Shown piece by piece: positions 17,092 to 25,544 of a stretch of DNA of 52,175 bases. The translations under genes and the position numbers were made by a program. Under the pieces are notes generated by a model, which saw only the letters and a list, made by a program, of their open reading frames with translations, was not told where the DNA came from and ran no database searches. Numbering within the stretch: position 1 is the stretch's first letter; each line of letters opens with the position of its first letter. This DNA comes from Elusimicrobiaceae bacterium (GTDB lineage Bacteria; Elusimicrobiota; Elusimicrobia; Elusimicrobiales; Elusimicrobiaceae), in NCBI GenBank assembly GCA_031549165.1, contig JAVBQE010000031.1, positions 1-52,175 of the forward strand. Reading direction: 5' to 3'.

Positions 17092-18801
17092 ATGAGTATT
17101 TTCTCTCGGCTTTTTAGGATGTTTTTGTTTGTGGTTTTGACGCCGCTTATTCCTTTGGCGGCGGTGGTGTTTTTTTACCAAAACTATTCTAAAACCGAAA
17201 GTTTGGAAACGCATGCTAACCTGGGCCGCATAGTCTCCTCCTCCATGGCGCAGCACATTGATAACCTCGGCTGGCGCACATCGTTCGCGCAAAATTTAGA
17301 CAAAAAAATTACTAGTACGCAGGGCACGCAGATCCTTCGTGACGCGCTTAGCGCTAACCCGGACTTCCTTATGCTTGCCGTGCTGGACGAAAAGGGCCAT
17401 CAGCTTTACTCCGCCGGGCCAAAACCCATTTTAAACGCCTTAGGCACTATAGATCTGTCTCAGGAAGACTCATTTGCCGCAGTTAAAAAAGCAGGCCGCC
17501 TGAACGTCAGCAGCTTTGACATTAAGCTCGGCCTGCCGATAGCGGAAATACTTTTGCCCCTTAAAAACGGCAAAACGCTCTTTGGCGTAGTAAGCTTCTT
17601 TAACATCTGGCTGAGGATGGAGGAGCAGAAAATAGGCGAGACTGGCCACATATATTTAGTGCACGAAAGCGGGCAGGTGTTTAACTTTGACAAGGGCGAA
17701 GCGCCCTTTGCCGCAGCCAAAATGGAACGCATTATAAAAGAAGGCTCCGTCTACATAAAAAGTTTAAAGGGCGCTGAAGGCATTACCTGGGCGGGCGCCA
17801 TTGTGCCGAGCCCGGTGGACGAAGCATACATCGCCGTTTTGCAAAACAAAAAAGAAGCCTATAAAGACGTTAACCTTGTAAGTTTAATATTGCTTTTCTT
17901 CTTCCTGGCGATAGCAACGCTGGCATACTTTGCCGCGCTGCAGTTTGCGGGCAAAATATCGGAGCCCATTGCCAACATGATAGCCGCGGCCAAACGCATC
18001 TCCGCCGGCAATTACAGCGAGCCTGTGCCCTTGGACATGGAGTGGCAGGAGTTTGACGAGCTTATTAAAGCCTTCAACCGCATGATGGAAGACATTGAAA
18101 AATACCAGGAACTAAAAGTTAAACAGCAGATTGCCGAGATAAAAGATTTTGTTTTCAACTCCGTCGCGCATGACCTGCGTGCGCCGCTGCTCGGCCTGCA
18201 GGGTTACACAGAGCTCCTTGCTAACGAAAATATAAGCGTAGAAGACAGGCGCACATATGTGGCCACCATGTCCATAGCCGTGCGGGAGCTGCTGACGCTG
18301 TTAGAAGATGTGCTTGACATTTCCAAACTGGAAGCGGGCATGCTGCACCCCAAAAAAGAAAAGTTTGACTTTAAGGAAATGCTGGACGGCGTTTTAGCGT
18401 CCATCACCCCGCTGGCAGACGCTAAAAAGCTGGACATTAAAAAAGACCTGCACACCAAAACCATGTTTTACGGAGATAAAAAGCTTATCTCGCGCGTAAT
18501 GCTAAACCTTATCACCAACGCCATTAAATTTACCGAAGCGGGCGGCGTAACAATAACATATAATGCTGATAAGGACCGCTTTTACGTCTCTGTGGCGGAC
18601 ACGGGCATCGGCATGCAGGAAATTGACAGAGACATTGTTTTTGACAAGTACCGCCAGCTGGACGAGCGTGTAAAAGGCTACGGCCTGGGCCTTACCATCA
18701 GCCGCCAGATAGTGCACGCGCACGGTGGGGAGATAGACATAAAGTCCCACCCCGGCCAGGGCACAACAATAAGTTTTTATACTAAAAGAGAGAAGAAGTA
18801 A
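17092..18801 (+). CDS. Membrane sensor histidine kinase (periplasmic Cache-like domain, HAMP, HisKA, HATPase)
   Basis: 2 TMs, HAMP (PIANM...AFNRM), VAHDLRAPL, NLITNAIKFT, DTGIG, GYGLGL. Confidence 0.95.
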   Translation: MSIFSRLFRMFLFVVLTPLIPLAAVVFFYQNYSKTESLETHANLGRIVSSSMAQHIDNLGWRTSFAQNLDKKITSTQGTQILRDALSANPDFLMLAVLDEKGHQLYSAGPKPILNALGTIDLSQEDSFAAVKKAGRLNVSSFDIKLGLPIAEILLPLKNGKTLFGVVSFFNIWLRMEEQKIGETGHIYLVHESGQVFNFDKGEAPFAAAKMERIIKEGSVYIKSLKGAEGITWAGAIVPSPVDEAYIAVLQNKKEAYKDVNLVSLILLFFFLAIATLAYFAALQFAGKISEPIANMIAAAKRISAGNYSEPVPLDMEWQEFDELIKAFNRMMEDIEKYQELKVKQQIAEIKDFVFNSVAHDLRAPLLGLQGYTELLANENISVEDRRTYVATMSIAVRELLTLLEDVLDISKLEAGMLHPKKEKFDFKEMLDGVLASITPLADAKKLDIKKDLHTKTMFYGDKKLISRVMLNLITNAIKFTEAGGVTITYNADKDRFYVSVADTGIGMQEIDRDIVFDKYRQLDERVKGYGLGLTISRQIVHAHGGEIDIKSHPGQGTTISFYTKREKK

Positions 18802-18812
18802 CGCACATTTGT

Positions 18813-18881
18813 TGTCATCCTGAGTGAAACGAAGGATCTTTCCGCACGAAATAAGATTCTTCGCTTACGCTCAGAATGACA
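18813..18881. repeat. Palindromic element, TGTCAT(C/T)CTGAG...CTCAGAATGACA subfamily
   Basis: Inverted termini plus CGAAGGATCT/AGATTCTTCG. Confidence 0.9.
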
Positions 18882-18906
18882 GCATAGAAGAAAGGGAGAA
18901 ACAATA

Positions 18907-19638
18907 ATGTTAGCTTTTTGGAGAATGCTGCTTGCATATTTAGTGGTGGACTACAGCCTGCAGACGCAGAAGTTTTACAACTGGAAATTCTCCAGCTTTG
19001 CCGGAAGGATGCTGCATGTGGCGTCTTTTTTTGTGCTGGCAATATTTTTGTGCCGGGACCACCTGAGCCACGACTGGGTGAATATGTACGGCATTACAAT
19101 GACAGGTGTGCCGGCCATAGCGCTGATAACTGTTTTGCACCTTTTTATAGATGAGCTTTTTAAAATGACGCGCTATGCGCATATTACCAATTATTCCGCC
19201 GGGCTTACTTTTGTGCTGCATAATTTGCTGCAAATAGGCGTGCTCTTCTTCTTCACGCCGGACCTTCTGGTGGACGACCTTAGCCTGCGCTTCGGCGAAA
19301 CATGGGTGCTTATTTTAACAGGCTTCTTCCTTATGTTCCGTTTTACAGACGCCATGATTTTCGCTTTTGAAAAGGACCTCTGTAAGTTCAGGCATTTGCC
19401 GGAGTGCCCGCTGCCCACCTCAGATATTGCTTTTTTAAGCAGGCTGCACCGCTTTATTTTTTATTTTATTATGCTTATACCGGGGTACTTTTTTGTAGTG
19501 TTTATCGCGCTGTGGGTGTGGGCCACGCGCTACGCCGCTAAACAAAGAATTTTGGACATCTCCCCCTTCTCCTACTACACAGGCACCGCATTTGCACTTT
19601 TTGTGGGCTATATTATAAGGACAATCATTTACAGGTAA
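18907..19638 (+). CDS. Integral membrane protein (DUF3307-like)
   Basis: LLAYLVVDYSLQT, conserved His residues (LH..., HLFID, HNLLQ), about 6 TMs. Confidence 0.7.
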   Translation: MLAFWRMLLAYLVVDYSLQTQKFYNWKFSSFAGRMLHVASFFVLAIFLCRDHLSHDWVNMYGITMTGVPAIALITVLHLFIDELFKMTRYAHITNYSAGLTFVLHNLLQIGVLFFFTPDLLVDDLSLRFGETWVLILTGFFLMFRFTDAMIFAFEKDLCKFRHLPECPLPTSDIAFLSRLHRFIFYFIMLIPGYFFVVFIALWVWATRYAAKQRILDISPFSYYTGTAFALFVGYIIRTIIYR

Positions 19639-19639
19639 T

Positions 19640-20221
19640 ATGAATTTATCAGATATAACATTTGCTTTTTTAGACACGGAAACCACGGGCCTTAGCCCTT
19701 TGCAGGGCGCAAGGCTGTGCGAGGTAGCCATAGTGCTCTCCAAAGACGGATATCACCTGGAGAAATTTTCGTCTCTCATAAACCCGGGCTGCATAATACC
19801 GCAGGAAGTTATCAATATCCACGGCATAACCAATGAAATGGTGCGCACGGCCCCGCGTTTTGCTGATATCGCACCGCAGATTCTTTCTCTTCTGCAAGAT
19901 GCAGTTTTGGTCTGCCATAATGCGGACTTTGACGTGCCATTTTTGCAGGCGGAGATGCTGCGCGTGGGTTTGCGCCTGCCGCAGCTCACTATTTTGGACA
20001 CGCTTAAGCTGGCGCGCAAAAACGGCTCTTTTAAAAGGAACCGTCTGGGCGCTATTGCAGAGGAGCTGGGGCTTAGCGCAGAGGGCTGGCACAGAGCCAT
20101 GGCGGACGCTTTGATGACAGAACAAATCTTCTACCACTTTATAAACAAGTTCAAAGCGCACGGCGTAGAAACGCTCTGCGCGCTGCAAGAGCTGGAAGTA
20201 AAAAAATTAAAAGCGTCGTAG
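19640..20221 (+). CDS. DEDDh 3'-5' exonuclease (DnaQ/Pol III epsilon-like)
   Basis: FLDTETTG, IHGIT, HNADFD, DTLKLAR, HRAMADA. Confidence 0.93.
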   Translation: MNLSDITFAFLDTETTGLSPLQGARLCEVAIVLSKDGYHLEKFSSLINPGCIIPQEVINIHGITNEMVRTAPRFADIAPQILSLLQDAVLVCHNADFDVPFLQAEMLRVGLRLPQLTILDTLKLARKNGSFKRNRLGAIAEELGLSAEGWHRAMADALMTEQIFYHFINKFKAHGVETLCALQELEVKKLKAS

Positions 20222-20293
20222 GCGCTTTTATCCTGAGCGGCAAGCGAAGGATCTGGCTGTAATCTAATTAAAATTATAAAATATAAGTATAGC

Positions 20294-20360
20294 TGTCATT
20301 CTGAGCAAAGCGAAGAATCTTTCTGTAAGCTTAAGATTCTTCGCTTTGCTCAGAATGACA
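20294..20360. repeat. Palindromic element, GTCATTCTGAG subfamily; a half element lies at ~20229-20254
   Basis: TGTCATTCTGAGCAAAGCGAAGAATCT...AGATTCTTCGCTTTGCTCAGAATGACA. Confidence 0.9.
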
Positions 20361-20378
20361 AGACTAAAGGAGAAATAA

Positions 20379-21932
20379 ATGAATAAAGTTCTATTAATAA
20401 TCCGCGACGGCTGGGGCGTGTGCAAGCCCGGCAAATACAACGCGGTATCCCAGGCCAAAACGCCTAACATCAACACATATTTAGAAAAATATCCGCATAC
20501 CCTTTTAGAAGCGTCCGGCGAAGGCGTAGGTTTACCCGCAGGTTACATGGGTTCCAGCGAAGTGGGCCACTTAAACTTAGGTGCAGGCAGAATTGTGGAG
20601 CAGGAGCTTAAGAGGCTTAAGGACGTTATTGAAAACGGCTCCCTTTTCAACGCCCCCGCATTTAAAAACTGCATAGACACAGTTTTGAAAAATAATTCCG
20701 CCCTTCACTTAATGGGCCTTGTGCAGGACGAAGGTGTGCACGCGCATGAGGACCATATGCACGCGCTCCTTAAATACGCTAAAGAAAAAGGTATCAAAAC
20801 AGTTTACCTGCATTTCTTCGCCGACGGCAGAGACACGCCGCCGCAGAGCGCTGTCACCTACGTCAGAAATTTAGAAGCAAAAATAAAAGAGTACGGTCTG
20901 GGCACACCCGCCACATTGATGGGCAGATATTACGCTATGGACAGAAGCGAGAACTGGGCGCTTACGGACAAAGCGTTTGAGCTTATCGTTGACGCCAAAG
21001 GCGTTAATAAAGCAAGCACTTTAGAAGAAGCCGTCACGGCTTCCTACGCTAAAGATAAAACCCCCTCTAACGAACCTATGGTGGACGAATACATCCCCAC
21101 CACCGTCATTGACGGCTATAAAGGCATGCATGACGGCGACGCTGTTGTCTTCATCAATTTCCGCCAGGACAGAGCCATACAGCTGACCAAAGCATTCGTA
21201 GACCCCTCTTACCCCGGCAAACTTTCCCGCCGGCCGAAGGTGGCGTTCTGCGGTTTGACGCAGTATTACGACGGCTTTGAGTTTTACGCATTATCCCCGA
21301 TGAGCGAGGGCGGCGCGATGAACATGCTGCTGGGCGAAGTGCTCGCTAACGCAGGCAAATGCCAGCTTAGAATTGCCGAAACGCAGAAGTTTAAACACGT
21401 AACATCTTTCTTCAATGGCAAAATGCTCGCGCCTTATAAAGGCGAGGACAGAATAGAACTTAAAGGCCGTTTTGACCCTGCTACTTTTGCAGAACACCCG
21501 GAGATGGAAGCCTACCTCGTGGCTGATAAAACCGTGGAGCAGATTAATGCAGGCAAGTATGATTTTATTTTAGTCAACTATGCCAACTGCGACATGGTGG
21601 GCCACACCGGTAATTTTGGCTCCACCGTCAAAGCAGTAGAAGCGGTGGACGAATGCACCGGTAAAATCACGGATGCGGCGCTGGCCAAAGGCTACACCGT
21701 GCTGATAACCGCAGACCACGGCAACGCCGAAGAAATGTGGGACGAAAAAATCAACATGGCCAAGACAGCGCACAGCTGCAACTTAGTTGAGCTCATTTAT
21801 GTAGCAAACGATACTAAAAATGTTAAGCTGGCCAAAGAAGGCGTGCTGGGCGATATTGCACCAACAATCCTGGAAATCATGGGCATAGAAAAACCCAAAG
21901 AAATGTTAAGGAATTCTTTACTGGTAAAATAA
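20379..21932 (+). CDS. gpmI: 2,3-bisphosphoglycerate-independent phosphoglycerate mutase
   Basis: DGWG, MGSSEVGH, DGRDTPP, GRYYAMDR, DMVGHTG, TADHGNAE. Confidence 0.97.
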   Translation: MNKVLLIIRDGWGVCKPGKYNAVSQAKTPNINTYLEKYPHTLLEASGEGVGLPAGYMGSSEVGHLNLGAGRIVEQELKRLKDVIENGSLFNAPAFKNCIDTVLKNNSALHLMGLVQDEGVHAHEDHMHALLKYAKEKGIKTVYLHFFADGRDTPPQSAVTYVRNLEAKIKEYGLGTPATLMGRYYAMDRSENWALTDKAFELIVDAKGVNKASTLEEAVTASYAKDKTPSNEPMVDEYIPTTVIDGYKGMHDGDAVVFINFRQDRAIQLTKAFVDPSYPGKLSRRPKVAFCGLTQYYDGFEFYALSPMSEGGAMNMLLGEVLANAGKCQLRIAETQKFKHVTSFFNGKMLAPYKGEDRIELKGRFDPATFAEHPEMEAYLVADKTVEQINAGKYDFILVNYANCDMVGHTGNFGSTVKAVEAVDECTGKITDAALAKGYTVLITADHGNAEEMWDEKINMAKTAHSCNLVELIYVANDTKNVKLAKEGVLGDIAPTILEIMGIEKPKEMLRNSLLVK

Positions 21933-21960
21933 AAAAAGCCCCGCCTATGCGGGGTTTTTT
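21932..21960 (+). terminator. Intrinsic terminator
   Basis: AAAAAAAGCCCCGC-CTAT-GCGGGGTTTTTT. Confidence 0.85.
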
Positions 21961-22018
21961 ATGCTGTTTTAATGCTATACTTAAATAAGTAAAATCAAAC
22001 GGAGTTAATACAACATCA

Positions 22019-22318
22019 ATGGCCAAACAACTTGTTATAATATGTTTTTTTATCTGCCTGTTAAGTGCCTGCTCAATGGGAAGCGTGAAGGTCTATAAAA
22101 TGAATAATGATGCAGATTTATTCAATAAAGATATAGACAAAAAGCTAAAGAAAGAAGAACCTTTAGAAACTGCTAAACTGCACTGGTTTAAAGATTCGGA
22201 AATAGACATTACAAAATATTGCGGCGGCAAACCCTCTTACAAAATGGCATTAAGGCAATATTCTTCCATTTGGGGCTTTAAAAACAACTTTGCCCTTAAA
22301 TTTGTGTGTAAGGACTAA
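22019..22318 (+). CDS. Small lipoprotein (Bor/Iss-like)
   Basis: Lipobox LSAC; IDITKYCGG...FVC. Confidence 0.7.
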   Translation: MAKQLVIICFFICLLSACSMGSVKVYKMNNDADLFNKDIDKKLKKEEPLETAKLHWFKDSEIDITKYCGGKPSYKMALRQYSSIWGFKNNFALKFVCKD

Positions 22319-22321
22319 TCT

Positions 22322-22654
22322 ATGAAAAAACTAATCTTATTATCACTTCTAATCAGCTTCCTTAGCGCATGCACAAGGGTTTATACCGGGGCGCAGGGTA
22401 ATTATGTATATTACCAAAAATATACTTTCGCCGGGCACAGCGGGGATTTGCAAAATACCACCACAGGCTGCGGAACCACAGGCACTGCCAAAGTTGTTTT
22501 TGGCGGAAACGCCGCGCAGAAAGTATTGTTTCCTCTAGTAACAATCATCTCTTTAGGTTTTATGCACACAAAAGACATGGACCAAATTTGTTATAAAGAA
22601 GAAAAGAAAGAAACCCCGCCGGGTGACTCCGCAGAATCCGAAATAGCAATATAA
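22322..22654 (+). CDS. Small lipoprotein (Bor/Iss-like)
   Basis: Lipobox LSAC; GC...LVTIISLGF...QIC. Confidence 0.7.
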   Translation: MKKLILLSLLISFLSACTRVYTGAQGNYVYYQKYTFAGHSGDLQNTTTGCGTTGTAKVVFGGNAAQKVLFPLVTIISLGFMHTKDMDQICYKEEKKETPPGDSAESEIAI

Positions 22655-22658
22655 TTTT

Positions 22659-22686
22659 AAAAAGCCCCGCGCCAGCGGGGCTTTTT
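22659..22686 (+). terminator. Intrinsic terminator
   Basis: AAAAAGCCCCGC-GCCA-GCGGGGCTTTTT. Confidence 0.85.
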
Positions 22687-22689
22687 ACC

Positions 22690-22925
22690 GCTTGCGCGCC
22701 GTATCCGCGCAACACCGCGCGCGAATGCGTGCGAAACTCCGGGCGAGACAAGTGTCAGGTTAAAACGCAGTAAATTTGAATTAATTTGCACTTTCTTTCG
22801 GGCGACAGTGTACTCGTGTACATTAGTCCCGAAAAAAGTGCAAATTAATTCAAATTTACAAGGCTTTACCGATCTGCCGACGCAAGCCGCCGAAGGAGGC
22901 GAGCCGCCTGCCAACCGCCGTTATC
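22690..22925. repeat. Long RPE-1-like palindromic element (divergent copy)
   Basis: Near-perfect hairpin 22770-22859 with apex GGGCGACAGTGTAC-TCGT-GTACATTAGTCCC, matching the 42062 copy. Confidence 0.85.
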
Positions 22926-22959
22926 ATAAAGGTTTCCACTCCCCACATAAAATGATAAA

Positions 22960-24489
22960 ATGTATTTAATGAACACAGACGAGCTTTTTAATAATTTTTC
23001 GGACGGGCGCACCCCAACTAAGACGGACTTTAACGCAAGCAAAATGTACGCTTTACTTGAAGACCCTTTTTCCCTTTGGTGCACCTACCACGCCCCCATA
23101 GAAGAAGCCGTCCCGGAATTTAACCGCTACGAAAAACTAAGAAGCGCCACCGACCGCAAAAATAAAGACGAATGGATTTTAGAACGCTACCCCGAAGCTC
23201 TTTTTATACGCGCCGAAAACGACGCGGACCGCTTCAAAAAAACGCTTGAAGCTATGTCAAACGGCGCACAGGCCGTAGTGGGCGGCACGCTGTGGAACCT
23301 AAAAAAACGTGTGTGGGGCGGCATCAATCTTCTTGTCAAAGTAGAAAGCGAACAAAGCGCGTTCGGCAACTACCACTACGAAATTTTGCAGCTTAAAAGG
23401 GCGCATGATATTAAGGAACATTACACCCTACAGATGTGCCTAATGAACTCTATCCTCGGCGACATACAGGGCATAACGCCGTATTTTGCCACTATACATT
23501 TAAAAAATAAAGAAGTGCATGTGGACTATTTTAGAAACGTGGACCGCCTTAATAAAGAAATGGAAGTCTGGGGCGCTATAGCCGCCGGGCTTTACGAGCC
23601 GGAGCCGCATAAGCCGCCCAAAGGCGCGGACGCGCCGTGGAGAGTTTACGCCAACAAAATAGTAGCCGAGCGTAAAGATTTATTAATGCTGCCCCACCTC
23701 TCGCCCGAGCATAGAAACCTGCTTAAAATGCACGATATCAAAAACACAGAAGAAGTTTATGCGGCGGGCCTTGAAAAACTTAAGACGCTTTTTGACGAAG
23801 AGCATATTGCCCACGCCATTGAAAGTTATTACAACTCCATGGCCTACCATTTTAATAAACCGGTGTTAAGAACGGCAGACGCTTTTCCTCCCGCACGCAA
23901 AAAGCATAATTTATATTTTGACTTTGAGGCCACCGAAACATTTACCAAAGAGAACGAAAACTACGTCTACCTCATCGGCCTGTGGGACAAAGAAGAAAAT
24001 AAATTTGTAAGCTTTGTAGCCAAAACAAAAGAAGAGGAAGAAAAAATATTTTCAGATTTCCACGATTATATTCAGAACTTTGAAGACACTATTCTCTACC
24101 ACTGGACGGAGTATGAAGTCAAAAAGATGCGTAAGCTTACCGCTAAATACCCCGCCATTGCAGAGAAGTTAAGTAAACTTGCAGACATTTGTTTTGACTT
24201 AAAAATAAGCGTCAACCAAGCCTTCTATCTGCCCAGCCCCAGCTTTTCTTTAAAGGCTGCCGCGCCCGCCTTCGGCTTTCATTGGCGCCAGGACGACTGC
24301 GGCGCCATGGACTCCATGGTCTTCTACACCAACTGGCTAAAAACCGGAGACAGCGCCCTCATCAACAAAGTCCTCATGTATAACGAGGACGACTGCCTGG
24401 CCATGCTTTATTTAGACGACGTGCTTGAACGCGCTGTAAAAAATAACGAAGTAATAATCCCAGAGCAGCACGAAGTTACGCCTTTATAA
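22960..24489 (+). CDS. TM0106-family RecB-like nuclease with C-terminal RNase H-like (DEDD) domain
   Basis: C-terminal YFDFE, YLIG, YHW..YE, FDL, SFSLKAAAP..GF.WR, YNEDDC; N-terminal RecB-like domain looks degenerate. Confidence 0.85.
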   Translation: MYLMNTDELFNNFSDGRTPTKTDFNASKMYALLEDPFSLWCTYHAPIEEAVPEFNRYEKLRSATDRKNKDEWILERYPEALFIRAENDADRFKKTLEAMSNGAQAVVGGTLWNLKKRVWGGINLLVKVESEQSAFGNYHYEILQLKRAHDIKEHYTLQMCLMNSILGDIQGITPYFATIHLKNKEVHVDYFRNVDRLNKEMEVWGAIAAGLYEPEPHKPPKGADAPWRVYANKIVAERKDLLMLPHLSPEHRNLLKMHDIKNTEEVYAAGLEKLKTLFDEEHIAHAIESYYNSMAYHFNKPVLRTADAFPPARKKHNLYFDFEATETFTKENENYVYLIGLWDKEENKFVSFVAKTKEEEEKIFSDFHDYIQNFEDTILYHWTEYEVKKMRKLTAKYPAIAEKLSKLADICFDLKISVNQAFYLPSPSFSLKAAAPAFGFHWRQDDCGAMDSMVFYTNWLKTGDSALINKVLMYNEDDCLAMLYLDDVLERAVKNNEVIIPEQHEVTPL

Positions 24490-24495
24490 TAAAGT

Positions 24496-24525
24496 CTCCC
24501 TCGCCCCCACAAGTGGGCGAGGGAG
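24496..24525. other. GC-rich hairpin between the TM0106 gene and ybaK
   Basis: CTCCCTCGCCC-n8-GGGCGAGGGAG with no U-tract on the + strand. Confidence 0.5.
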
Positions 24526-24543
24526 GTAAAAAGAAAAAATAAT

Positions 24544-24999
24544 ATGATTCCTGCTAAAGTAAAATATTTTTTAGATAAACACAACCTGCCTTTTTATACG
24601 TTTGAGGAAGGTTCCACGGCGACGGCTGTTATGGCTGCGGCGCAGTTGGGCGTGGCTGTAGGGGCCATCACCAAAAGTCTGCTGTTCAAAAATAAAGAAG
24701 GAAAATATTTTCTAATACTAGTCGCCGGGGATAAAAAGGTGTCAGGCTCCAAAGTAAAAACAGTAACCATAACCAAAGCAGACATGGCAAAGCCGGAAGA
24801 AACGCTGGCCGTAACCGGCTACGGCATAGGCGGAGTATGCCCATTCTGTATAGAAAATATAACAATCCACGTAGACAAAAGTTTAGCCGAATATGAACAC
24901 GTCTACCCGGCGGCAGGCACCGCAGCCAGCGCCGTAAAAACCAGCCACAAGCAACTCCTAAGCATCCTAAACGCCAAAGAGTGCGACGTAACAATTTAA
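24544..24999 (+). CDS. YbaK/EbsC-family aminoacyl-tRNA deacylase
   Basis: AAAQLGV, ITKSLLF, TGYGIGGVCPF, YPAAG. Confidence 0.92.
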   Translation: MIPAKVKYFLDKHNLPFYTFEEGSTATAVMAAAQLGVAVGAITKSLLFKNKEGKYFLILVAGDKKVSGSKVKTVTITKADMAKPEETLAVTGYGIGGVCPFCIENITIHVDKSLAEYEHVYPAAGTAASAVKTSHKQLLSILNAKECDVTI

Positions 25000-25150
25000 C
25001 CGCATAATTCAACACGCTGCGCTACAGCCGTTTGATATTGCATTCCATACACCCCCAAAAAGAGAAAGCATCAATTTAATAAAAACAGGTTCCCAAACCC
25101 GCGTAGAAAGCGGCTTTGAGAATAACGGCGATAACGGGTAACATTTCACC

Positions 25151-25256
25151 TGTCATTCTGAGTAAAGCGATAGCGTAGCATCCATATAGAAAGATGGAAA
25201 AATCTTGCAGTAAACTAAAGCGAACAACAAGATTCTTCGCTACGCTCAGAATGACA
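25151..25256. repeat. Palindromic element, GTCATTCTGAG subfamily, with an internal insertion
   Basis: TGTCATTCTGAG...AGATTCTTCGCTACGCTCAGAATGACA. Confidence 0.85.
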
Positions 25257-25267
25257 AATAAAAAAGT

Positions 25268-25457
25268 ATGCCGTTATAAAGATGTGCAAGCAAAGCGAGC
25301 ACCGCACGCAGCGAAGCAAGTGCGGCTCACAGGATTTTGAGCAGAATTTACATTTTCTCCGAGGGGAGAGCGTACTCGCGTACGCCGACCTGAGGAAAAA
25401 TGTAAATTCGGCCAAAAGCCGAAGAGCCAACCGCGCTGGCGCGGAGCAGCCCGCCAT
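25268..25457. repeat. Long RPE-1-like palindromic element
   Basis: ATGCCGTTATAAAGATGTGC...GAGCGTACTCGCGTACG...GAAGAGCCA. Confidence 0.9.
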
Positions 25458-25489
25458 CAATTGAGTACTCCGTCCACCACTATGTATTT

Positions 25490-25529
25490 AAAAAAAGCGG
25501 CGGGAGCATTTGCTCCCGCCGCTTTTTTT
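25490..25529 (-). terminator. Intrinsic terminator
   Basis: AAAAAAAGCGGCGGGAGCA-TT-TGCTCCCGCCGCTTTTTTT. Confidence 0.88.
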
Positions 25530-25544
25530 AAACTTTTGCCGTTA

